Shown piece after piece: positions 1-5,212 of a DNA stretch of 6,359 nucleotides. The number at the start of each line of letters is the position of its first letter. The first letter of the stretch is position 1. The stretch covers positions 1 through 6,359 of the IMG/VR virus record IMGVR_UViG_2695420514_000020, one strand, 5' to 3'. Position numbers and translations under genes: made by a program. This DNA comes from a virus. Lineage: Duplodnaviria > Heunggongvirae > Uroviricota > Caudoviricetes. The notes below the pieces were generated by a model, which did no database searches, had not been told where the DNA came from, and was given only the letters and a program-made list of their open reading frames with translations.

Positions 1-225
1 ATGAATCAGAAATACATTCCATCATGCTTGAGAAATCTGCCAAAGCAGAAAGCAAAGCCCCGCAAGCAAGCCATAAAGGACGCTAAGGCAGAGGTTATTG
101 ATCAAGCAATACAATTGCTCAGGGAGGAGTTAAGAAGTGGCAAGCTCGAAGGAATGATGATGCCCTATCAGCGCGGATATCTATCGGCGATTAGTAAGTT
201 GGAAGTATTGAAGAGTGAATTATGA
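1..225 (+). CDS. hypothetical small basic protein (74 aa)
   Basis: ATG at 1, TGA at 223-225. Lys/Arg-rich N-terminal half (KQKAKPRKQAIKDAKAE). The window starts exactly at the start codon, so the upstream RBS or promoter cannot be seen. No family recognised. Confidence 0.45.
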   Translation: MNQKYIPSCLRNLPKQKAKPRKQAIKDAKAEVIDQAIQLLREELRSGKLEGMMMPYQRGYLSAISKLEVLKSEL

Positions 226-280
226 ACTATCTGGAATTTCCGGATGGTTCATTGTTTTGGCAGCAAGCATAGAGGTGAAT

Positions 281-577
281 ATGGAATTCAAAGGTACTAA
301 AGGTAAGTGGGAAATAATGATGGATGGCGATGAGATTAAAATCATCCAGGCAGACTCACTTGAAAATGGCGCAGGCTGGCGTTCGTATATTGCAATCTGT
401 GAGGAAGTTCAACGCATTGAAGATGCCAATCTAATAGCGGCAGCACCTGACCTTCTCGAAGCACTTCAGTTATTACTTAAGCAATCAAAAAATAGAACAA
501 CGACAATATATCCAGAATGGTATGGAGCTGTTAATAAAGGTTTTGCAGCAATCATCAAGGCTCTGGGAGGTGAGTGA
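281..577 (+). CDS. hypothetical phage early protein (98 aa), possibly Ead/Ea22-related
   Basis: ATG at 281 preceded by AGAGG (271-275) with a 5-nt spacer. The track ORF extends in frame to GTG 215, which has no comparable RBS. Stop TGA 575-577 overlaps the next ATG (TGATG). Contains the motif NLIAAAPDLLEAL, which I recall from Ead/Ea22-like lambdoid early proteins (memory only, unverified). Confidence 0.55.
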   Translation: MEFKGTKGKWEIMMDGDEIKIIQADSLENGAGWRSYIAICEEVQRIEDANLIAAAPDLLEALQLLLKQSKNRTTTIYPEWYGAVNKGFAAIIKALGGE

Positions 578-672
578 TGTGCGAGTTTTACGAAGCAGAT
601 ATCAAACGCCCAGAAATGGCAAGTGATGCGACATACGTGATTATTTCGCGGCAAAGGCTATGCAAGCAATGA
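577..672 (+). CDS. small ORF (31 aa); possible 5' part of a frameshifted small gene
   Basis: ATG 577 with a strong SD GGAGG (566-570) and 6-nt spacer, overlapping the upstream stop. The ORF ends at TGA 670-672, while a second frame stays open from 627 to 776. Confidence 0.3.
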   Translation: MCEFYEADIKRPEMASDATYVIISRQRLCKQ

Positions 673-776
673 TTAGCAATCCATCGATTATCGATAATGA
701 TTCTGATGGAGCTGTTAATTATGCAGCAAGCGCTGCATATAAGTTTGCAGACGCAATGCTCAAAGCTCGCGAATAA
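660..776 (+). CDS. small ORF (38 aa); possible 3' part of the same frameshifted gene
   Basis: The frame is open from 627 and the first ATG is at 660, with no good SD (AAGG only 2 nt upstream). Stop TAA 774-776. The translation CDIRDYFAAKAMQAMISNPSIIDNDSDGAVNYAASAAYKFADAMLKARE looks protein-like from before the ATG, which suggests it continues the upstream ORF after a frameshift. Confidence 0.3.
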   Translation: MQAMISNPSIIDNDSDGAVNYAASAAYKFADAMLKARE

Positions 777-779
777 GCA

Positions 780-811
780 CTGTGTATTCATTCCAACGAG
801 TGAATACACGG
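780..811 (+). other. inverted repeat / stem-loop without a U-tract
   Basis: GTGTATTCA (782-790) pairs with TGAATACAC (801-809); the stem extends with C780-G811 and a T781/G810 wobble; 10-nt loop. No T-run follows, so this is not a canonical terminator. It sits in the 185-bp non-coding gap. Confidence 0.4.
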
Positions 812-871
812 AGCAATGTCGCTCGTAACTAAACAGGAGCCGACTTGTTCTGATTATTGGAAATCTTCTTT

Positions 872-896
872 GCCCTCCAGTGTGAGGGCTTTTTTA
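872..896 (+). terminator. rho-independent terminator
   Basis: GC-rich 6-bp stem GCCCTC (872-877) / GAGGGC (884-889), 6-nt loop, followed directly by TTTTTT (890-895). The orientation works only on the + strand. It lies inside the track ORF 857-1132, arguing that ORF is over-extended. Confidence 0.7.
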
Positions 897-961
897 TATG
901 CATACCAATAACGCTTCACTTGAGGCGTTTTCGTTATGCAATCAAACAGAAGGAGCATCCT

Positions 962-1132
962 ATGCAACAGTTCGCTATTGCAGGGGCGGCATCGGTTCGC
1001 CCTTTCAACCCGATTTTATCGGTACAGCATTCACGAAAAAATATTTTAACCGGAGCAGACTTTAAACAACCAAGAATGAAAAGTTTGCTCGAAAAGCTTT
1101 GGGATATTTTGAAACAACAAGGCCGTCCATGA
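962..1132 (+). CDS. CIII-like small regulatory protein (putative FtsH inhibitor, lysogeny control), 56 aa
   Basis: ATG 962 preceded by AGGAG (951-955) with a 6-nt spacer. Product MQQFAIAGAASVRPFNPILSVQHSRKNILTGADFKQPRMKSLLEKLWDILKQQGRP. The N-terminal FAIAG and C-terminal SLLEK...LWDILKQQG resemble lambda CIII (MQYAIAG... ESLLER... KRLIDILNQPG) as I recall it. The position upstream of the recombinase matches the lambda order cIII-kil-gam-bet. Confidence 0.5.
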   Translation: MQQFAIAGAASVRPFNPILSVQHSRKNILTGADFKQPRMKSLLEKLWDILKQQGRP

Positions 1133-1236
1133 GTTTTACAGATAACTGGTCAGACGAAGAATTCATTCGTCAGATGAACAAAATGCTCAATCAGCACAAA
1201 GAACAGGAGAAAGATGATGATTCTGACTCTGAATGA
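1129..1236 (+). CDS. hypothetical small acidic protein (35 aa)
   Basis: ATG 1129 overlaps the CIII-like stop (ATGA). Weak SD AAGG (1119-1122). Product MSFTDNWSDEEFIRQMNKMLNQHKEQEKDDDSDSE; stop TGA 1234-1236. It is below the track length cutoff and overlaps the next gene start by 23 nt. It occupies the kil-like position. Confidence 0.35.
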   Translation: MSFTDNWSDEEFIRQMNKMLNQHKEQEKDDDSDSE

Positions 1237-1525
1237 TAAGCGTGAAATATCGCAAATAATCGCAAGTTTTACTGATGAAGATTACGAACGAATCAACAGT
1301 GAAGTTGATCGTCTCTGCAAACGTTGCGACCCCATAAGCGAAATGCTTCGCTCATATAAACCAGATGAACACACTAAGGACGCTATCGACTGGCTGGAAG
1401 ATGATGACTGTAACTATCAGGAAAAAGCCGCTGAATGGTTCTGGGATGCAATAACCGAAAGAGTTAAGGCTGAATATGCCTTCGCAATATTCAAACGCAG
1501 ACATATTTATGGAGAAGCTGCATGA
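1214..1525 (+). CDS. hypothetical protein (103 aa) immediately upstream of recT
   Basis: Tandem ATGs at 1214 and 1217 follow AGGAGA (1205-1210). Stop TGA 1523-1525 overlaps the recT ATG (ATGA). No family recognised. It occupies the gam-like position. Confidence 0.6.
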   Translation: MMILTLNDKREISQIIASFTDEDYERINSEVDRLCKRCDPISEMLRSYKPDEHTKDAIDWLEDDDCNYQEKAAEWFWDAITERVKAEYAFAIFKRRHIYGEAA

Positions 1526-2424
1526 GCAATATCGTTGAATTCGTTAAACAGCAAGAGCAGTTATTCTGCGGAGCATTGACTGAACAGACGGTGACATGGG
1601 CTAAGGAAAGCCAGTTTGCAATTCAGTATTTCCAGAAAAATGATTACCTGGCTAAAACAGCACTGGCAAATCCAACCAGCGCACAGAACGCCATCATCAA
1701 TGTTGCGGCGATCGGCATCACCTTAAACCCGGCCAGCAAACTGGCTTATCTGGTTCCTCGCGACGGCATGGTGTGCCTTGATATCAGTTACATGGGATTA
1801 CTTCATCTTGCGCAATCGACAGGATCAATTAAGTGGGGGCAATGCAAACTGGTGTACTCAAACGACACCTATGAATCAAATGGCCTTGATTCAGCACCAA
1901 CCCACAAATACAACGCATTTGGTGAGCGAGGCTCTATTGTTGGAGGTTATTGCACGGTTAAAACAGCAGATGGTGACTACCTGACTGAAGAAATGAGTCT
2001 GGCAGAAATTAAAGCTGTGGAAGCAACGAGCAAGGCAAAGAATGGACCGTGGAAAACATTCTGGGAAGAGATGGCGCGTAAAACAATAGTTAAACGCGCC
2101 AGCAAATACTGGCCTAAAGCCCAGCGACTGGATAATGCCATTCACCTTCTTAACGAAGATGAAGGTATGCATCAGGAACCAGTTATGCCGCACAAATCAG
2201 AGGAAGATATCCGCGAAGATGAACGGAAACGCCAGCAGGAAATAATGGATAAAGCACAACTTCTTTGCGATGAAATGGCTCAGGCAGAAAACATGGACGA
2301 TTTGAAGCGATATTTTGCAGAAGCATATCGCCTGACATCTGGAATGAAATTGCAGCAGAACGTACAAGCCATTTACATAGAATGCAAAGCGAAACTGGAG
2401 GTTGCCAGTGAGCAAACTGTATGA
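1522..2424 (+). CDS. recT: RecT-family single-strand annealing recombinase (300 aa)
   Basis: The segment NGPWKTFWEEMARKTIVKRASKYWP closely matches the Rac RecT segment NGPWVTHWEEMAKKTAIRRLFKYLP (from memory). Length and surrounding residues are consistent. SD GGAGAAG (1511-1517). Confidence 0.85.
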   Translation: MSNIVEFVKQQEQLFCGALTEQTVTWAKESQFAIQYFQKNDYLAKTALANPTSAQNAIINVAAIGITLNPASKLAYLVPRDGMVCLDISYMGLLHLAQSTGSIKWGQCKLVYSNDTYESNGLDSAPTHKYNAFGERGSIVGGYCTVKTADGDYLTEEMSLAEIKAVEATSKAKNGPWKTFWEEMARKTIVKRASKYWPKAQRLDNAIHLLNEDEGMHQEPVMPHKSEEDIREDERKRQQEIMDKAQLLCDEMAQAENMDDLKRYFAEAYRLTSGMKLQQNVQAIYIECKAKLEVASEQTV

Positions 2425-2890
2425 AATTGCCAATGAATACGCAAAATTGATGGATTCAGATTTAGAACCAGAGATGATTGCTGACACAATAGAAGGCATG
2501 GAAGGAGAATTTACCGATAAAATAGAGCAACTTCTCGCCATTATTAAAAATGAATCTGGTTATGCTGAACGCCTCAAGGAAGAGGCAAAGTCACTAAATG
2601 AGCGAGCCGTAGTAATTCAAAATAAGATTGACAGCATTATGGCGTATATAGCGTCATCGCTTGAAATGGTTGGCAAGAAAAAGATTCGAGCAGGTATTCA
2701 CCAGGTAACAATCCGCAAACCGTCAGAAACTGTAGAAATCATCGACTCAAGCGCCCTTCCTCCTGAATACGTTGAGTTCGAAACGACAATTAAAGCCGAC
2801 AAACTGGCAATCAAACACCAACTAAAAGCAGGAATAAATATCCCCGGTGCTCAACTCAAAGTTGGGAAACCTTCACTTCTTATCAAATAA
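2408..2890 (+). CDS. Siphovirus Gp157-like protein (about 160 aa), common RecT companion
   Basis: GTG 2408 is 6 nt after GGAGG (2397-2401); the track starts at in-frame TTG 2402. Overlaps the recT 3' end by 17 nt. N-terminal KLYEIANEYAKLMDSD...DTIEGMEGEF followed by a coiled-coil region fits my memory of the Gp157 family (PF05565), which typically sits beside RecT or Erf. Confidence 0.6.
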   Translation: MSKLYEIANEYAKLMDSDLEPEMIADTIEGMEGEFTDKIEQLLAIIKNESGYAERLKEEAKSLNERAVVIQNKIDSIMAYIASSLEMVGKKKIRAGIHQVTIRKPSETVEIIDSSALPPEYVEFETTIKADKLAIKHQLKAGINIPGAQLKVGKPSLLIK

Positions 2891-2901
2891 CGGTATCGCC
2901 T

Positions 2902-3216
2902 ATGAAAAAGACTCCATGGGAGAAATGGGAAGTCGATTTCTTGCGCGAAGTAGCGGCGACAATGCCAGTTGAAGTTATCGCTGAAAAACTGGAAAGGACT
3001 GAAAAAGCAGTTATGGCGAAAGCAACAAGGATTGGCGCTGACATTGTTAGCCGACTTCGTGGAAGACGCTGGACAAGAGCCGAAGTATCACTTTTCGGTA
3101 AGTTCTCCGCAGAAGAAATAGCAATTGCAACCTGCCGCTCAATTTATTCAGTAAGAGCTATGCGATACAAGCTAAAAAAACTCGATGAAGAAAGAGCAGG
3201 CATACGAATAAATTAA
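2902..3216 (+). CDS. putative DNA-binding protein with two tandem Myb/SANT-like HTH repeats (104 aa)
   Basis: ATG 2902, 11 nt after the upstream stop, with no strong SD. Two internal repeats share a W-x(2-3)-E-x(2)-L ... EEIA ... R(T/S)-x(3)-(A)VR pattern: [12 protein letters not shown]...[21 protein letters not shown] and [37 protein letters not shown]. Confidence 0.55.
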   Translation: MKKTPWEKWEVDFLREVAATMPVEVIAEKLERTEKAVMAKATRIGADIVSRLRGRRWTRAEVSLFGKFSAEEIAIATCRSIYSVRAMRYKLKKLDEERAGIRIN

Positions 3217-3232
3217 CAAAGAGGAATTTACC

Positions 3233-3397
3233 ATGAGAGGACTTGCATACAATCCCGGCATTCTTCCGGCAGAAATGATTATTCGCCAACGCGTAAAGCC
3301 AATGCCATCGAGAGAGGAATTGCTTAAGAGAAATTCTTTTCCATCAGTGAATCAAAACAAATATCTGAATGCGATGTTGCGGAGTGGGAAGAAATGA
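3233..3397 (+). CDS. hypothetical small protein (54 aa)
   Basis: ATG 3233 preceded by AAGAGGA (3219-3225) with a 7-nt spacer. Stop TGA 3395-3397 overlaps the next ATG (ATGA). Below the track cutoff. Confidence 0.45.
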   Translation: MRGLAYNPGILPAEMIIRQRVKPMPSREELLKRNSFPSVNQNKYLNAMLRSGKK

Positions 3398-3906
3398 AAC
3401 AAATGACACTAATTGAGATGGATGGTTTTCTGAAAGGTAAATGCATCCCAAGCGATTTAAAGGTTAACGAAACAAACGCTGAATATCTTGTCCGTAAGTT
3501 CGGTGAACTTGAATCAAAACTGGAAACGGCGTTGCGGGAGTGTCGTTCTGCTGGAATCACGATTGATAACCTTGAGGCTAAATGCACGAAGATGGCTGCT
3601 GAAAATACATCGCTTAAGCAATCTGAGAAGGAATTTAATGACTTTTGTCGTGAGGAGTTTAGCGAATGGGAAGATGATGTTACTGAAACTCCAGCCACCG
3701 ATGCTTTTCTGTCTGAAGTGCGGGCGCAGGGGGTGGATGCTGCTATAGAAGCTGCAAAAAATCTGGTGGCCCAAGAATATGAGTATAAGGATTTCAAAGC
3801 GGCGCAGAGTGATTGCTGTATGCACCCTGGTTCAGACCTGGTAGGGAAGGTTGAAATGACTGAGTGGTTAGTTGACTTTGCTGCCCAGCTTCGCAAAGGA
3901 GAGTGA
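3394..3906 (+). CDS. hypothetical coiled-coil protein (170 aa), possibly Ead/Ea22-like
   Basis: Long + strand ORF with a heptad-like charged helical middle ([44 protein letters not shown]). GGAG 3381-3384 upstream. The antisense ORFs across it are Ser-rich low-complexity shadows. Confidence 0.65.
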   Translation: MKQMTLIEMDGFLKGKCIPSDLKVNETNAEYLVRKFGELESKLETALRECRSAGITIDNLEAKCTKMAAENTSLKQSEKEFNDFCREEFSEWEDDVTETPATDAFLSEVRAQGVDAAIEAAKNLVAQEYEYKDFKAAQSDCCMHPGSDLVGKVEMTEWLVDFAAQLRKGE

Positions 3907-3907
3907 T

Positions 3908-4465
3908 ATGACCACTATAACCGATAAGAAACAGTATCCAGGCGAGCAATATCTTAATGAGCTGATCACCAACATAGAGTTTGCTGCAAGAGCACCAGTT
4001 GAAGTCGTGAGAGCGATGGCTGCAGAGCTACAGAAGCGGCGCGAAGCTGATAGTGCAGAACCTGTAAGCCAAACTTACAAGTTGCCAGTTAATACACCTT
4101 GCCAAGATGCGCCAGCCCATATCTGGCTGCAAACGGCTGGAGTATGGCCAGAAGATGGCGAGTTAAGCGAATTAACGTGGTGCAGCCACAATCAGCACCA
4201 TGATGACACGCTATATGTTCGAGCTGACCTTGTGAATGGCAACTCTCCGGGAACTCCGGATGGTTGGATAAGCTGTAGTGAGCGAATGCCAGAGGACGGT
4301 CAGCACGTAATTATTTTATGTGATGGCGCATTCGTTCTTTATGCGCAATATCGAGACGGTGAGTTTTTCGATATTGTCCGCAATGGTGATGAATTTTTTG
4401 AAACACAGAGCCGCAATGTAACACACTGGATGCCGCTACCAGAACCGCCGCAGGAGGCAAAATGA
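3908..4465 (+). CDS. DUF551-like domain phage protein (185 aa)
   Basis: ATG 3908 preceded by AAGGAG (3896-3901) with a 6-nt spacer; the track start at 3872 lies inside the upstream gene. The C-terminus DGWISCSERMPEDGQHVIIL...VTHWMPLPEPP matches the DUF551 signature as I recall it. Confidence 0.7.
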   Translation: MTTITDKKQYPGEQYLNELITNIEFAARAPVEVVRAMAAELQKRREADSAEPVSQTYKLPVNTPCQDAPAHIWLQTAGVWPEDGELSELTWCSHNQHHDDTLYVRADLVNGNSPGTPDGWISCSERMPEDGQHVIILCDGAFVLYAQYRDGEFFDIVRNGDEFFETQSRNVTHWMPLPEPPQEAK

Positions 4466-4659
4466 TGGATAAATGCCATGGCATTTTAGGTAAGTTGTTC
4501 GGGCACTCATTCAAGCCGGTGATCGCCAAGAGCGCCGTAAAATTCCCAACACGAATTGAAGGAACGCCGTCATTTGTCAGTAGAACGCTGGATGCCCATC
4601 GGGATGAAGATTATCGTGGCCTTTATTGCAAGCGTTGCGGAAAGGAGGTGAAGCCGTGA
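4462..4659 (+). CDS. small putative zinc-binding protein (65 aa)
   Basis: ATGATG at 4462 follows AGGAGG (4452-4457) and overlaps the upstream stop. N-terminal KCHG and C-terminal YCKRCGKE give a Cys/His...CxxC arrangement. Confidence 0.6.
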   Translation: MMDKCHGILGKLFGHSFKPVIAKSAVKFPTRIEGTPSFVSRTLDAHRDEDYRGLYCKRCGKEVKP

Positions 4660-4772
4660 TTACAGTGCTAGCATGGCATTTAAGTGAAAGCATTTATGGC
4701 TGGATGCTGGCAATTACAGCAATTCAGGATTTGGCAATCACATCGTTTATTTTCAGCCTGTGCAGGAGGTGA
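4656..4772 (+). CDS. small hydrophobic peptide (38 aa), putative membrane micro-protein
   Basis: GTG 4656 is 7 nt after AGGAGG (4643-4648) and overlaps the upstream stop (GTGA). Product MITVLAWHLSESIYGWMLAITAIQDLAITSFIFSLCRR; stop TGA 4770-4772. Not in the track (short). The track ORF 4684-5055 covers the same DNA in another frame. Confidence 0.4.
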   Translation: MITVLAWHLSESIYGWMLAITAIQDLAITSFIFSLCRR

Positions 4773-4776
4773 AGTG

Positions 4777-5055
4777 ATGGACTCCTTCGCGAAATATACG
4801 ATTATTGACTGGATAGCATTCCTTCAGGTTTTGCTCATCTGGTTTTATATGGCTTACAGGAGTGGGCAGTGGATTGTCAGTGTAGCCTGTAGCAAGGGAT
4901 GGCGTTGGTGGAACAGAAAGAATAAAAAAGCACTGGCATTGGATTCGTTTTACGAAGCATTCAATCTTAACAGTCTTCAGCCTGGTTCTGTCGTTGTAGT
5001 CACCACTCAAAGTGGCATGACCATTCAGATTCATAAACCAAAAGAGGAAAAATGA
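4777..5055 (+). CDS. small single-pass membrane protein (92 aa)
   Basis: ATG 4777 is 7 nt after AGGAGG (4764-4769). N-terminal hydrophobic segment YTIIDWIAFLQVLLIWFYMAY, then the basic Trp-rich stretch GWRWWNRKNKK. The track's upstream GTG 4684 start gives an implausible Cys/Trp-rich leader with no SD. Confidence 0.6.
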   Translation: MDSFAKYTIIDWIAFLQVLLIWFYMAYRSGQWIVSVACSKGWRWWNRKNKKALALDSFYEAFNLNSLQPGSVVVVTTQSGMTIQIHKPKEEK

Positions 5056-5141
5056 TGTGGCCTATATGTGTTAATTGCGGACGGATGTGCCTATCTGGAT
5101 GGTGCCGAAAGTGCGACAAATGCACGAAGCAAAGACAATAA
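5052..5141 (+). CDS. Cys-rich micropeptide (29 aa), zinc-ribbon-like
   Basis: ATGATG at 5052 overlaps the upstream stop (ATGA). SD AAGAGGA (5042-5048). Product MMWPICVNCGRMCLSGWCRKCDKCTKQRQ has 6 Cys including CxxC pairs. Stop TAA 5139-5141. Confidence 0.4.
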   Translation: MMWPICVNCGRMCLSGWCRKCDKCTKQRQ

Positions 5142-5174
5142 CAATCCTCGCACTCGCGGGGATTTCTTTTATCT

Positions 5175-5200
5175 GAACTCGCTACGGCGGGTTTTGTTTT
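5175..5200 (+). terminator. possible weak intrinsic terminator / attenuator
   Basis: Stem GAACTCGC (5175-5182) pairs with GCGGGTTT (5187-5194), including G-U wobbles, around the tetraloop TACG. It is followed by TTTTGTTTT. Marginal stability. Confidence 0.3.
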
Positions 5201-5212
5201 ATGGAGATGATT

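Noticed and set aside
215-280. GTG start at 215 for the 120-aa track ORF
   Set aside because: No SD precedes 215, and it lies within 10 nt of the upstream stop. ATG 281 with AGAGG upstream is the more plausible start; the extension cannot be excluded.
920-945. Possible sigma-70 promoter (TTGAGG / TATGCA) upstream of the CIII-like gene
   Set aside because: The spacer between the candidate -35 and -10 is about 9 nt, far from the 16-18 nt optimum; not convincing.
857-1132. Track ORF of 91 aa starting at 857
   Set aside because: Its 5' part runs through a canonical intrinsic terminator (872-896) and has no RBS. The internal ATG at 962 has AGGAG at ideal spacing and yields the CIII-like protein.
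1778-1984. + strand 68-aa ORF nested in recT (alternative frame)
   Set aside because: It is entirely inside the well-supported RecT frame, with no RBS and a low-complexity product.
3488-3748. + strand 86-aa ORF nested in the 170-aa gene
   Set aside because: It is an alternate frame of a coding region, Arg/Leu-rich as is typical of out-of-frame translation.
3872-3907. Upstream start at 3872 for the DUF551-like gene
   Set aside because: It lies inside the preceding gene. ATG 3908 follows AAGGAG at 6 nt and directly follows the upstream stop.
4707-4740. Repeated TGGCAAT motifs (4707-4714, 4732-4738) as a possible sigma-54 promoter (-24/-12 element)
   Set aside because: The GG-to-GC spacing does not fit the TGGCAC-N5-TTGCA consensus. 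The motifs are probably just codon-level repetition within the small ORF.
4684-4776. GTG 4684 start giving a 123-aa version of the membrane protein
   Set aside because: No SD precedes it, and the leader is implausibly Cys/Trp-rich. ATG 4777 has a perfect AGGAGG and the same DNA encodes a strongly initiated 38-aa ORF in another frame.
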